Source of the DNA: Nitrospirota bacterium
Lineage (GTDB): Bacteria > Nitrospirota > UBA9217
Direction: 5' to 3'
Length of the DNA: 64,000 nucleotides
NCBI GenBank assembly: GCA_963749655.1
Contig: CAVVOB010000032.1
Coordinates: 32,001 to 96,000, forward strand
In this document: one piece after another, positions 8,742-19,591 of the stretch
Layout: each line of letters begins with the position of its first letter
Position numbering within the stretch: position 1 is the first letter of the stretch
Notes under the pieces: model-generated
Seen by the model: only the letters and a program-made list of their open reading frames with translations
Databases searched by the model: none
Told to the model about the DNA's origin: nothing
Program-made: the position numbers and the translations under genes

Positions 8742-11171
8742 TCAGAACATTGCGCCGATGGAGAATTCGAACTCACTGGGCTGGTCTCCGGGCTTCTTGT
8801 CGATGATGTAGCCCCACTCGAATCGGAGCGGACCGATAGGTGAAATCCACCAGAAGCCCCATCCCCAGGACTGCCGAAGCTTCGAAATGTCGATTGATTC
8901 CGGCCTGTCATCCGTCGAAAATGCCTTGCCGACGTCCCAAAACAAGACGCCTTTCAATCGCGCAGCAGGAACGATCGGGTAAGTAAGTTCAAAGTTGAAG
9001 ATCAGCTCCTTGTTTCCGCCTAGTCTGTTGTAATCCGATATGCTCTGGCCCTGCACCACACCGCGTCCCGTGGCAGGATCAATCAATGTCGTTCCGTCCT
9101 CTCTCGTTTGCGTGTAAGTCGGGCTGTAAATCGGCTCTAGCGGTCCGGCAGTGCCGTACTTGAATCCCCGAAGCGACGTCGGGCCGCCTACATAGAACCG
9201 TTCTCCCAGAGGAACAGGCTTGTCGATAAGCGATTCAATATACCCGACCCGGCCGCGCATCATGAATACTGTGTCCCAGAACAGCGGGAAATACCAGGCC
9301 GAATCCGCGGCGGTCTTTACAAAATTTGTGTCGCCGCTCAGGGGGCCGCCTGCGTATTCGACATACACACTGTTTTTCGACCCCGTTTTCGGATCGAGGT
9401 AAAAATCCCGCGAATCGCGGGACAGGCTCCAGGTGACTGCGCTTGTCGAGATCCGGTCGCCGTAACTGTTGAGCTGCGTGTCTAGGGCGAACGAGGACGC
9501 CGTTATGTCGTACACCTTGGACTCATCATAGCCGTATTTGAGAAAAGTCGACACGTATTCGCCGAAGCTCTTGCCTGCGGTCAGCGCAAAACCATTGCTT
9601 TTTAGCTTATAACCGTCATAATCCTGAGTCTGGTCGTAGAGGTCTACCTTGCCCCAGATCGGCTTGTCGAAAAGATAGGGCTCCATGAAGCTGACAACGT
9701 AGTACTGGCTCGTTCCGCCTATCTGCATCTTGAACTTAAGGAGCTGCCCGCGGCCGCCCAGGTTGCCCTGTGTCACTTCTGCGATTCCGACGAGCCGGTC
9801 CACGGAACTGTAGCCCGCGCCCACGCTCAGCGTGCCGGTCATCTTTTCCTTCACTTTTACGTTCAGGTCCATGACCGGCTCCTGCTGACGCCGTTCGGGC
9901 ACGATGTCGACGCTCTCGAAGAAGTTCAGGTTGTTGATCCGTTCGTAGCTTCTTTTGAGCGCCTTTTTGCTGTAGAGATCTCCTTCATTCAGGCGAACTT
10001 CCCGCCGGATCACCTTGTCCCGGGTCTTGCTGTTGCCTGAAATGTCGATTCTGCCGATCCGGACTTCGCCGCCCTCCTGAATGTCGATGGAGATGGCGAC
10101 GGTCTTCTTTTCCTGGTCGATGTTGAACAGAGGAACGACGTTCGCGAAGGGACGGGCAAGGCCGTCATAGCGGTCGATAATCGCATTGACATCCTGCCGC
10201 AGCACTTCCCTGCTGAAGATGTCACCCTCCTTGAGCTTCATCATCTTCTCCAGATCGTCCCGGGGAATGAGCTGGTTTCCCTTGATCGTGATGGTCCCGA
10301 CGCGGAACTGGTCGCCTTCTTTAATGTGCATGCTGACCAGAAGCTCGCTGTTCCGCGTAAAGGTTTTCTGATCTCCCCAAAAATAGCATTCCCTGAAGGT
10401 ATACTGTTTCGGCTGGATGACCGGCTCGTTCACCTGCACCTGGATATATCCTTTGTTGTAGTACAGGTTCCTGATCGTCTCCACGTCTTCCTTCAGCTCC
10501 GTCATACGGAGCGTCCCGCTGCGGCCGAGAAAGGAAAACAACCAGTGCTCCTGTGTCTTCAATGCCGCCTTGATGTCGTCCGACGATATCGCCTCGTTGC
10601 CCGTCAGGATGATATTCTCGAGCTTGACCTTCTCGTGCTCTTCGATATAGAAGACGACGTTTCGGTCGCCTCCCCGGAGTTCGGAGATCACGGGAACGAC
10701 GACGACATCGTAATAGCCCTCATCCTGATATTTAAGCCGGATCTTTTCGGCATTTTCATTGATGAGTTGAAGATTGAAGGCCGTTCTCGGCACCAGCGTC
10801 AGGATGTCTTTCAGCTTGTCCGACGACAGTTCGTCGTTGCCTTCGAACGTGATCTCCCGGACCAAAGGCTTTTCCTTGACGGAAAAAATGACCTTGAGTC
10901 CCTTCTCGAACCCTTCCGTCCGCACCTGGACGTCTTCGAAATGACCGAGCTGATAGAGTGTCCTGATGTCTTCCTTGATGAGAGCGGGAGAAAAAACCTC
11001 GCCTTCTTTTGTCTTGACCTTTGCCAGTATGGTCGCCGCTTCGATCCTCTTGTTCCCCTGCACCTCAACGAGAGTGACCTTTACGTCCTCTGCCGCACAG
11101 GGGAGCACGAACGCAAAAAAAATGGTAAGAAAGAACAATGCCCCGAAGGCCGCAGCACGATATCTTTGCAC
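8742..11171 (-). CDS. bamA: Outer membrane protein assembly factor BamA
   Basis: POTRA repeats (VQGNKRI, ISGNSKTRDKVIRRE), barrel motif GGPTSLRGF, SPIGPLRF and C-terminal FSIGAMF. Confidence 0.97.
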   Translation of the reverse strand: MQRYRAAAFGALFFLTIFFAFVLPCAAEDVKVTLVEVQGNKRIEAATILAKVKTKEGEVFSPALIKEDIRTLYQLGHFEDVQVRTEGFEKGLKVIFSVKEKPLVREITFEGNDELSSDKLKDILTLVPRTAFNLQLINENAEKIRLKYQDEGYYDVVVVPVISELRGGDRNVVFYIEEHEKVKLENIILTGNEAISSDDIKAALKTQEHWLFSFLGRSGTLRMTELKEDVETIRNLYYNKGYIQVQVNEPVIQPKQYTFRECYFWGDQKTFTRNSELLVSMHIKEGDQFRVGTITIKGNQLIPRDDLEKMMKLKEGDIFSREVLRQDVNAIIDRYDGLARPFANVVPLFNIDQEKKTVAISIDIQEGGEVRIGRIDISGNSKTRDKVIRREVRLNEGDLYSKKALKRSYERINNLNFFESVDIVPERRQQEPVMDLNVKVKEKMTGTLSVGAGYSSVDRLVGIAEVTQGNLGGRGQLLKFKMQIGGTSQYYVVSFMEPYLFDKPIWGKVDLYDQTQDYDGYKLKSNGFALTAGKSFGEYVSTFLKYGYDESKVYDITASSFALDTQLNSYGDRISTSAVTWSLSRDSRDFYLDPKTGSKNSVYVEYAGGPLSGDTNFVKTAADSAWYFPLFWDTVFMMRGRVGYIESLIDKPVPLGERFYVGGPTSLRGFKYGTAGPLEPIYSPTYTQTREDGTTLIDPATGRGVVQGQSISDYNRLGGNKELIFNFELTYPIVPAARLKGVLFWDVGKAFSTDDRPESIDISKLRQSWGWGFWWISPIGPLRFEWGYIIDKKPGDQPSEFEFSIGAMF

Positions 11172-11211
11172 GTTCCTGAAAACCTCCAGAATTCTTCGTT
11201 AAGAACGGAAT

Positions 11212-11240
11212 ACTATATCATGGCACGCCAAGGGTGTAAA
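11212..11240 (-). promoter_or_regulatory. Putative sigma70 promoter of the bamA/lpx operon
   Basis: TTTACA-N17-TATAGT on the minus strand upstream of bamA. Confidence 0.55.
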
Positions 11241-11253
11241 CAAAAATTTGTGC

Positions 11254-12378
11254 TCACAGACTTGCAAAGACTTCATTTGACAACAGAATTCCGCGCTCGG
11301 TGAGGATCAGCCGCCTTTGCCGGGTCTCCAGGAGGCCTGCCTCCAACAGAGGGGCCAGGGAGGTTTCTAATCTGTTCAGAACAGCTCCGCCGAAAGTGTC
11401 CCCGAACCAAGCGAGATCAAGTCCCTTCATGGTCCTGAGACGAAGAAAGGCCGTTTCCCGCGCTTCCTCATCCCGGTCGGGTATTTCGGAATCTGCGACC
11501 ACCGGAACTCCGCGGGACAATCTGCTGCAATACTCAGCGATGTCCGCGACATTGGCATATCGCTTCCCCGAGAGAAACGACCACGCCCCGGGGCCCATTC
11601 CCAGATACTGCCCGCGCATCCAGTAATTGAGGTTATGGCGACACTCATGCCCGGAACGGCTGAAATTCGAGATCTCGTAACGCGAGTATCCTGCCTCAGC
11701 AAGAACATTCACCGCCTTTTCATACATCTCAGCCGTACGGTCGTCTTCAGGCAGGACGAGCCTCCCCGCTTCGGTTTCACGTAAATAGGCTGAGCCTTCA
11801 TCGAGCGACAGAGCGTAGACGGATATGTGATCAGGGTTCTCCTTGACCGCCCGCCCCAGTGTTGCCGACCACTGTTCCTTCGTTTGACCGGGGATTCCGT
11901 ACATGAGATCCATTGCGATCGACGAAAAACCCATGGTCTTTGCAAGCCTGAGGGCCGCTATTGCCTGGGATGAATTGTGAATGCGGCCCAGTGCCTGCAG
12001 AATCTCGTCGGAAAAAGATTGGATGCCGAGGCTTAGACGATTCACTCCGCCCTTCTGCCACAGAGAAAGCTTCTCTTTTGTTACGGTGTTCGGGTTGGCT
12101 TCGATCGTGAACTCGACATCGCCGGAAAAAGAAAAATGGTTTCTTATGATGTCCAGAAGCTTTTCGATCTGGTTATCGGAAAGAACCGTTGGCGTGCCTC
12201 CGCCGATATAGATGGTGCTTACGGTGCGGTCCTGCACCGCTGGCTGTAGACCGGCTGCTTCTTGCCGTAGTGCTGCCAGGAACTGATCAGCGATTTTCGT
12301 TGTATAGACTGTGGAATAAAAACCACAGTATAAACACTTTTTACCACAAAAGGGAATATGGACGTAGAGTGATATCAT
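11254..12378 (-). CDS. hemW: Radical SAM heme chaperone HemW (HemN-like)
   Basis: SLYVHIPFCxxxCxxC, GGGTPT, YEISNF and HNLNYW. The start was moved to MISLYVH. Confidence 0.9.
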   Translation of the reverse strand: MISLYVHIPFCGKKCLYCGFYSTVYTTKIADQFLAALRQEAAGLQPAVQDRTVSTIYIGGGTPTVLSDNQIEKLLDIIRNHFSFSGDVEFTIEANPNTVTKEKLSLWQKGGVNRLSLGIQSFSDEILQALGRIHNSSQAIAALRLAKTMGFSSIAMDLMYGIPGQTKEQWSATLGRAVKENPDHISVYALSLDEGSAYLRETEAGRLVLPEDDRTAEMYEKAVNVLAEAGYSRYEISNFSRSGHECRHNLNYWMRGQYLGMGPGAWSFLSGKRYANVADIAEYCSRLSRGVPVVADSEIPDRDEEARETAFLRLRTMKGLDLAWFGDTFGGAVLNRLETSLAPLLEAGLLETRQRRLILTERGILLSNEVFASL

Positions 12379-12467
12379 ATTGATTACTTGGATATTGTCC
12401 GCCGGAAGCGATCTCCGGCGATAAGCGATGTGGATCAACGATGCAACCTGGATGCCAGTAGAGGATA

Positions 12468-12929
12468 TTACTGTGGAGAAGTGATATCTAAAAGAAGCGC
12501 GGATTCGTCACAGTTCGGAAACTTGACGCAGTTGAGACAGTCGGTCCAGATCTTGTGAGGCAGTTCTTTTTTGTCGACATCGCTGAATCCGAGTTTCCTG
12601 AAGAATCCGTCCTGGTAGGTCAGAACAAACACCCTGCCCACGCCGAGTCCTGCAGCTTCTGCAAGGCAGTGACGCACCAGTTCGGTGCCGATGCCGCTCT
12701 TTCTCCGGTCCTGTTTCACAGCAAGCGACCGGATCTCTGCCAGGCCGTCCCAGCTGATATGGAGCGCACAAACGCCGATGAGAGCGCCGTTCTCCTCGTA
12801 AACTGAAAAATCGCGCATATGTTCGTACAGCTCGTTCAGGGTCCGGGGAAGCATCTGTCCCGAGTCCGCGTAGTAGTTGACGAGGGATTGTATCGCTCTT
12901 ACATCGGTTAATTTCGCTTTTCGGATCAT
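12468..12929 (-). CDS. Short ArgA-like GNAT N-acetyltransferase
   Basis: MIRKA start, LAEIRSLAV, VFVLTY and LPHKIWTDCLNCVKFPNCDE, typical of short amino-acid acetyltransferases. Confidence 0.85.
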   Translation of the reverse strand: MIRKAKLTDVRAIQSLVNYYADSGQMLPRTLNELYEHMRDFSVYEENGALIGVCALHISWDGLAEIRSLAVKQDRRKSGIGTELVRHCLAEAAGLGVGRVFVLTYQDGFFRKLGFSDVDKKELPHKIWTDCLNCVKFPNCDESALLLDITSPQ

Positions 12930-13105
12930 GGAAGGAAAACTACTCTGTTGCGGAAATAAAGTCAATGAAAAAGGCCGCTTAGTCACGACAAGGACAATGT
13001 TCGGACGTCTCGTCTGGGAATTTCTGAAAGCGTTTCATTCCGGCCCCATCAAGAATTCGACAGGAGATACTGACGAGGCACTCAAGCACTGTCGATAGGA
13101 GTCCA

Positions 13106-14033
13106 CTACCATCCTATGGTGACCGTATAAGACGACGAACTTGCGATACCTTTGATGACGATATAGAGTGTTGGAGTCGGACTGGTCAACAACGACGAAG
13201 AAATCGTGTCTCCGGTACTTGCATCACATGTAAAAACTGGAGCAGACGAAACTTGAACTCCATCTTGAAACTGGTAAACCAGCCAGTATGTTGTCGTCGG
13301 GATGCTTGACAGTATCAGCTTATTTGTGGCGAGTGACGGATCGGCGTACAGAAACATCTGAGGGTATTCAATAGTCGAGGAAACGTCGGATGAAAGATTG
13401 ATCCAATAACCCGGTCCGGGAGTAACGCTGGTGCTGCTGTACACATTGAGATATCCGGACGAGATTGTCTGTACATCAGCGGCGGGATTTGTTGGTGTTG
13501 CGAAAGAGAGTACATAGTTTGTATCGCCGGACATCACCCGGAAATCATAAAAGAACTGTTCTCCGGGGACCGTTAATGATTCTCCGTTTATCACGGCTAC
13601 GTAATCATCGGAATATTGGCGGGAAAAGTCCATTCGAATACGATCGATTCACTCGATGTCATAGAGGAGTTGGCAGAGTTGATGGTGAATTCCTCAGGTT
13701 CGTTGTTTTTATATGCCGATTCGTTGCGATAGACCTTTATGGTTAATGTTCCATCGGAGCGATAGTCGTCGTTTCCCCCGATGCAAGCGTTACTATTGTT
13801 GATGATATCATGGTCCGCAACGTATATTGCTGACCTGCAGTAATACCGGACAATGTATAGAATTGGCCTGCTTTCGTAAAAACAACGCCGTCGATCCCTG
13901 GTCCGTTCACGCTCAGAGTTGCCAACGATACTGCTCCTGCCTCATGTTTGGTAATACAGGCCGTAAGTCCTGCAAGACCGAAAAGAACAGCCACCGTAAG
14001 TATCGCCCACTGCAGAACCGATTTTCTTGCCAC
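13106..14033 (-). CDS. Hypothetical Ser/Thr-rich lipoprotein of about 309 aa, split by two apparent frameshifts
   Basis: Lipobox-like LAGLTAC. Restoring one base near 13755 (CC) and one near 13616 (AA) joins ORF 13743..14033, an intermediate frame (DGTLTIKVYRNES...WTFPA) and ORF 13106..13633. Confidence 0.7.
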
Positions 14034-14081
14034 GCTATGATTCTCCTTGGTGATGACAGCCGGATTATTTCAACACGCGGG

Positions 14082-14110
14082 AGTTTAACGCAAAGCCCTG
14101 GTGGAGTCAA
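14082..14110 (-). promoter_or_regulatory. Putative sigma70 promoter of the lipoprotein gene
   Basis: TTGACT-N17-TAAACT on the minus strand. Confidence 0.55.
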
Positions 14111-14395
14111 GGGCATTTTGCCTTTCCCTTATAGGCGATATACTGTTTTCGCAGGACATTTTGGCCATACCCCATCCCCGGAACGACACTTTGATTGATA
14201 AAGGCTCATCAGGGCGTGAAGTCCGTGTAGTGTACAGCTTCAAGGATTAGCGACAGCGATGATACTGTTGGTAACAATGCTCTCATTTCCACGGTCAACC
14301 GGCGAATATTCCGGCCCAACCAGTACAGACACAGGACGAGTTATTCGGAGTTCTGCAATCAACGAAAATCGTCCCGTACTCTTCCAAATGTGCTC

Positions 14396-14425
14396 TTGAC
14401 TTTAGCTTCCTGATTGGAGTATATT
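14396..14425 (+). promoter_or_regulatory. Putative sigma70 promoter of clpC
   Basis: TTGACT-N18-TATATT about 55 bp upstream of the clpC start. Confidence 0.5.
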
Positions 14426-14479
14426 TTATTCAAACGGTAAACGAATTGAGCATGATTTCTTGAAGGCGGTTACCAGAAT

Positions 14480-16921
14480 ATGATGTTTGAAAAATTTACT
14501 GAACGAGGCAGAAAAGTCATCGTATACGCCCGGGAAGAGGCCGAACGGCTTCAGAACGACTACCTGGGCACTGAGCATATCCTGCTCGGAACGCTCCGGG
14601 AGGAAGACGGAATCCCGGTGGCCGTGCTCAGAAAGATGGGCATCGACGTCGACCAGATCCGGATGGAGGTCGAACGGAACCTGCCTTCGAGCGGAAATAC
14701 CCTGACCTTCGGCGACATTCCTTTCACTCCCCGCGCAAAGAAAGTCCTCGAATACGCCGTAGAAGAAGCCAGACTGCTGGGGCACAATTATATCGGAAGC
14801 GAACACCTTCTCCTCGGCTTAATCCGGGAGGAAGAGGGAATCGGGGGAAAGATCCTCAGGAGCTTCGGAGTGAACCTCCTCGGCTCACGGCAGCTGGTCA
14901 TAAACTACCTCAGACGCGCGGCTACGCAAGTGAGCGCGAAAAAAAGCCCTACTCCCGCTCTCGATGAATTCAGCAGGGACCTCACCCAGTTGGCAAAGAG
15001 CGGGAAGCTGGATCCCGTCATCGGGCGGGACAGCGAGATCGACCGGGTCCTGCAGATCCTCTCCCGCAGGACGAAGAACAATCCCGTTATCATCGGAGAG
15101 CCGGGCATCGGCAAAACCGCCATCGTGGAAGGTCTGGCGCAGCGGATCGTGAACAGCGACGTTCCCGAGAACATTATGAACCGCCGTGTGGTCTCTCTTG
15201 ATCTCGGTTCTTTGATCGCCGGGACAAAATACCGAGGCCAGTTCGAGGAGCGCCTGAAGATCGTAATGAAAGAGATTGTCCAGGCGGACAATATAATCCT
15301 TTTTATTGACGAGCTGCATACCCTCGTGGGCGCAGGTGCTGCAGAAGGATCGATCGACGCCTCCAGCATGCTGAAGCCGGCTCTCGCCCGCGGCGAGGTC
15401 CAGTGCATCGGCGCCACGACGCTCGATGAATTCCGAAAGCACATCGAAAAGGACGGCGCTCTGAAACGGCGGTTCCAGCCCATTTATGTGCTGCCGCCCA
15501 CCCTGGATGAGACGATCAATATCATCAAGGGGTTGCGGCCGAAATATGAGTCCCATCACAAGGTCAAGATCACCGATGAAGCCGTCATCGCAGCCTCACG
15601 GTTGTCTGACCGTTATATCACGGACCGTTTCCTCCCGGACAAGGCAATCGATGTGATCGACGAAGCGGGCGCCAAAGCCAAACTGAACCGATACACCTAC
15701 CCTGCTGAGATGAAGTCCATCGAGAAGAAGCTGAAGAAACTTGAGCAGGAAAAGAACCTTTTCTCCCGCATCAAGGACTATGTACGGGTCGAGTCCATCC
15801 ACGAAGAGGAAGACAGGCTGCGCGAAACCCTCGACGGCATCCACAAGGACTGGAAGGATGATCAGGAGAAAAACGTTCCCGTGGTCGGTGAAGAAGAAAT
15901 CGCCGGGATCGTATCGCACATTACCGGGATACCCCTCTCGCGGCTCGAGGAAAAGGAAGCCTCCCGCCTTCTGCGCATGGAGGAAGAACTGCATAAACGC
16001 ATCGTCGGTCAGGATGTGGCCATTGATGCCGTTTCACGTGCAATCCGCAGGTCGCGGGTTGGTCTGAAAACTCGCAAACAGCCAATCGGGTCGTTTATAT
16101 TCCTGGGACCGACAGGCGTGGGCAAAACCGAGCTTGCCCGGTCGCTTGCATCGTTCCTTTTCGACACCGAAGACGCTTTGATTCGCGTCGACATGTCGGA
16201 ATACATGGAAAAATTCAGTTCTTCGAGGCTCGTCGGCTCTCCTCCGGGCTACGTTGGCTATGATGACGGCGGCCAATTGACCGAGAAGATACGGCGCAGG
16301 CCCTATTCTGTCGTACTGTTCGACGAAATCGAGAAGGCGCATCCCGACATTTTCAACATGCTCCTGCAGGTGCTGGACGACGGTTACATGACCGACAGCT
16401 TCGGCAGGAAAGTGGACTTCCGGAATACGGTCATCATTATGACCTCGAACCTCGGGACACGCCAGATCGACAAGGACACGACCCTCGGGTTCCAGCAGGC
16501 AAGCTCCAGAACGCAATACGACAAGATGAAAGAGAATGTCATCTCGGAGCTCAAGAGATCCTTCAACCCCGAGTTTTTGAACAGGATTGACGAGGTCGTC
16601 GTGTTCCATCCGCTGACACAGGACCATCTCGTGAAAATCGTCGATATGCTTATAAACGAGCTGAACGCACAGATGATAGCAGACCGGAGCCTGCGGCTCG
16701 ATGTGACCGATGAAGTAAAGGAATGGCTCATTCAGGAGAACTTCCAGCCCACTTACGGCGCCAGGCCGATGCGCAGGGCAGTCCAAAAATACCTGTCCGA
16801 TCCCCTTTCCGAAGAAATCCTTCGAGGCCGATTCAAGGATATCCATCGGATCGTTGTCAAGTTGAAAAACGGGGCGGTGGAGTTCCAGGAAGAAGAATCA
16901 AGCGTACTTGCAAAAGTCTGA
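14480..16921 (+). CDS. clpC: ATP-dependent Clp protease ATP-binding subunit ClpC
   Basis: MFEKFTER N-domain repeats, two AAA+ modules (GEPGIGKT and GPTGVGKT) and an LGF ClpP-docking loop. Confidence 0.95.
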   Translation: MMFEKFTERGRKVIVYAREEAERLQNDYLGTEHILLGTLREEDGIPVAVLRKMGIDVDQIRMEVERNLPSSGNTLTFGDIPFTPRAKKVLEYAVEEARLLGHNYIGSEHLLLGLIREEEGIGGKILRSFGVNLLGSRQLVINYLRRAATQVSAKKSPTPALDEFSRDLTQLAKSGKLDPVIGRDSEIDRVLQILSRRTKNNPVIIGEPGIGKTAIVEGLAQRIVNSDVPENIMNRRVVSLDLGSLIAGTKYRGQFEERLKIVMKEIVQADNIILFIDELHTLVGAGAAEGSIDASSMLKPALARGEVQCIGATTLDEFRKHIEKDGALKRRFQPIYVLPPTLDETINIIKGLRPKYESHHKVKITDEAVIAASRLSDRYITDRFLPDKAIDVIDEAGAKAKLNRYTYPAEMKSIEKKLKKLEQEKNLFSRIKDYVRVESIHEEEDRLRETLDGIHKDWKDDQEKNVPVVGEEEIAGIVSHITGIPLSRLEEKEASRLLRMEEELHKRIVGQDVAIDAVSRAIRRSRVGLKTRKQPIGSFIFLGPTGVGKTELARSLASFLFDTEDALIRVDMSEYMEKFSSSRLVGSPPGYVGYDDGGQLTEKIRRRPYSVVLFDEIEKAHPDIFNMLLQVLDDGYMTDSFGRKVDFRNTVIIMTSNLGTRQIDKDTTLGFQQASSRTQYDKMKENVISELKRSFNPEFLNRIDEVVVFHPLTQDHLVKIVDMLINELNAQMIADRSLRLDVTDEVKEWLIQENFQPTYGARPMRRAVQKYLSDPLSEEILRGRFKDIHRIVVKLKNGAVEFQEEESSVLAKV

Positions 16922-16951
16922 AAAGCCCAGCCTATACCATTATCGTTTTTC

Positions 16952-16985
16952 AGCCGTTGCGTAAATCGCAACGGCTTTTTTGTTT
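16952..16985 (+). terminator. Intrinsic terminator of clpC
   Basis: Stem AGCCGTTGCG / CGCAACGGCT with a 5-nt loop, followed by a T tract. Confidence 0.85.
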
Positions 16986-17026
16986 ATTCCGCGATAATGT
17001 ATCCGGGGGGTATATCAGACGGGCGG

Positions 17027-18170
17027 TTATCTTCTGAAAATTTTTCCGGTGAGCTTCGGGTCGATAGGCATGTCGGCAGTGATCATGAATGCTATGCCGG
17101 GATCGCCTGAATGCCTCACCATTTCAGTTGCTTCTTCGATTTCTGTCAAGGGCAGGATCCTGCCTGAAGGATCAGCAGTCTGGATTGCTATGATGGTCTT
17201 CTCAGGTTCTTTGCTGAGGGACGTGGCTGCGGTGGCGATCCTGGACAACGTCTCCATGGTTTTCGAGTAGGTCAGTTTCTGTTCAGCCCTGATATCACGG
17301 TAACGGATCGCAATCCAGTAATAATCGATCTCCATTTTCTTAAACTTGACGAAGTCGTAGCCGAAATGGGCCAGTTCTTCTCCGGGTGTTGTGGGGCTAT
17401 TCAGATGGAGCGGAATCCCGAACTTGATCTTCGGATTCACTGACCAGGCTGCTTTTGCGATCGCCTTGTACAGGTTCAGCAGCATGTTCTTTTTCAACCC
17501 CGTCCAGTTCCAGAACATATCAGCGGTCTCGGCGTCTTGCAGCGCATTACCGTCCTTTGTCCTCTTTCCGAATGTATCACGGGCAGAAAATTCCTTATTT
17601 AATATCTGCCTGAATGTTTTCAGGGCCATCGGACTCATCCCCTCCGTTTCACCATAGTAAAAGTCGGTGTCCAGCAGGATGCCGTCAACGGAATAAGCCG
17701 CTATATCAATGACTGATGCCGCCAGTTCATCAATAGCGGTCCGGTAGAACAGGTCGATTCTTCCGGTCCGCTCAAGAGAACCGGTCCTCAGATTGTACCG
17801 ACGGTCCTCCCATTCCGGATGTTTAGTAAGAATCTGCTGATTGCTTCGCGTCGGAAAGACGATAAATACTCTCAGCCCTTCCCGATGAGCGATATAAGAC
17901 CTCATTCGTCAGCATGTTGCCGTCAATTGCACCATTCCGGGAAGGAGGAGGCAGGATCAGGGTATTCGCACCTCCCAGTTTCAGATCATGAAACAGCCGT
18001 TCAATGTCGTCATACTTCGCCGGAACGTTATTCAGGAAGAATGCATTGACGATGTGTTGCTTTTCAGCGCAGGCACACCGAGGGATGAGGTACAACAACA
18101 GTGCCAGCAGAACTAAAAGCAAGAGGGTGGTACTTGCTCTAGAAGATCGTCCCCATATCATGGGTATCAT
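17027..18170 (-). CDS. Exported glycoside hydrolase-like TIM-barrel protein (PgaB C-terminal/GHL-like), with one apparent frameshift near 17898
   Basis: The signal-peptide ORF 17823..18170 joins ORF 17027..17905 at ...NEV/YIAHREG. Motifs KHPEW, VDGILLDTD and FWNW resemble PgaB/GHL families. Confidence 0.55.
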
Positions 18171-18263
18171 GGCCTTCTCCCCCTTTCTCTGCAGGTCCGC
18201 TTAAAACAGTGACACCCGCAGTTCGGAGCTCTCGCACGGATCCGCGCCCTGCCTGATGGGAAT

Positions 18264-19496
18264 CTATCGCGCCATCTGTTTGATCAAAAAGCGTATCGCC
18301 TGAATGACCTGTAATGGCGCATAATCACGCTGATCGAGAAGGTACAGACGGCGCACTGACGACTTGAATGCAATAGGGATGTGACTCCCGGTCCTTAACG
18401 GCTTGAATGTAACACCGGAAGGAAGGGGGAAATCGGCGAATGGATGTGCGACAACGTTTTGGATGGCGAACTCGTTGAAAAAAGGTATGATGTCCTCGAT
18501 CCGCCCTGCCATGACTTGCAGCATTGATTGCGGATTGGCCGCCTTGACAGCTACGGTGAGCGAACGCATTCCCGTTGACGCTGGGGATCCGTCATTTCGA
18601 TTGCCGAGTGAAAGGATGAAAAGTTCTTTCGGTTGTGCAGGATCAGGCTGGTACAGGACATCGCGCTCCATGCCTACTGGTACAACGTCATCCTGAATGC
18701 CGAAATGACGCACAAGCATTGTCGCATCAAGTTTGCAGAATAGCACCGAGGACGCAGCAACTTCGTCGTTGTCTGTTTTGATGACCGTAGAATGACCTTT
18801 TCGCGAAATGGTTACGGGAATAGACGTGTCGTAGTGAAATGCGCCGCCTTTTGCGATAATAAAGGCACGCAGGTCTCCGGTCAATTTGTCAATTCCGCCG
18901 TAATACTGACAGGGGTTGAGTTTACACAGCCTGATCAGTGCAGAAAACGAAAGCTGCGCCGCAGGCCGCTGAAAGAAAAAAATTGATTGTACGTTAAAAA
19001 ATGATATTACTTCCGGGCTGAATGAATACTTTCCGATAAACCTGCCTGCCGACGAATGCCTTGCAAAAAAATCCGCAATGCGGCTTTTTGATACCCTGAG
19101 GGCTTCTTTTCCCAGATCGCGGTAGAACGTCGCGATAGCCGGGAAATCACGGGGAAATTCCCTCTTCAGTTCATCAAGCGTATTTGCCAAGTCGGAAAAC
19201 ACGGTGATTCGCCGTTGCGGCAGCGCTACCTGATAGGCCCGGGCGATGACCGGTTTCTCTTCCTGAAGACCCAGATCGCGAAACAACTGCCGGAATTCAC
19301 CGCCCTCTTCAAAGCCGTACGTCAGCGAAGGACCGGCGGGAAAACGGAGGCCGTCTGAGGCGCTCTCGGCTCCTGCTCTGAGCGGAGGTGATCCGGGGCT
19401 CAAGATGATCGTCTTCTTTCCTGAAGCGCTCAGGAGCGCCCCGGCAACAAGCCCTCCAAACCCATCCCCCACGATTGCCACGTCACAGTGATGCAC
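18264..19496 (-). CDS. FAD/NAD(P)-binding oxidoreductase, phytoene desaturase-like fold
   Basis: N-terminal DVAIVGDGFGGLVAGALL Rossmann motif and a YYGGIDKL segment; GTG start after GGAGG. Confidence 0.7.
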   Translation of the reverse strand: MHHCDVAIVGDGFGGLVAGALLSASGKKTIILSPGSPPLRAGAESASDGLRFPAGPSLTYGFEEGGEFRQLFRDLGLQEEKPVIARAYQVALPQRRITVFSDLANTLDELKREFPRDFPAIATFYRDLGKEALRVSKSRIADFFARHSSAGRFIGKYSFSPEVISFFNVQSIFFFQRPAAQLSFSALIRLCKLNPCQYYGGIDKLTGDLRAFIIAKGGAFHYDTSIPVTISRKGHSTVIKTDNDEVAASSVLFCKLDATMLVRHFGIQDDVVPVGMERDVLYQPDPAQPKELFILSLGNRNDGSPASTGMRSLTVAVKAANPQSMLQVMAGRIEDIIPFFNEFAIQNVVAHPFADFPLPSGVTFKPLRTGSHIPIAFKSSVRRLYLLDQRDYAPLQVIQAIRFLIKQMAR

Positions 19497-19516
19497 ACTC
19501 CCTCCGATGCAACGCA

Positions 19517-19560
19517 AATAAAAAAGGAAATAGGTTTGACGGTATACGTTCCTATTTCCT
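19517..19560 (-). terminator. Intrinsic terminator downstream of pnp
   Basis: Stem AGGAAATAGG (19525-19534) / CCTATTTCCT (19551-19560), followed by a T tract on the minus strand. Confidence 0.7.
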
Positions 19561-19591
19561 CTCTCTTACTCTTATACTGCTGCGGGGACTA

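Noticed and set aside
11221-11236. TGGCAC as a sigma54 promoter near bamA
   Set aside because: There is no TTGC at -12 and it faces away from bamA; a sigma70 promoter on the other strand explains the region.
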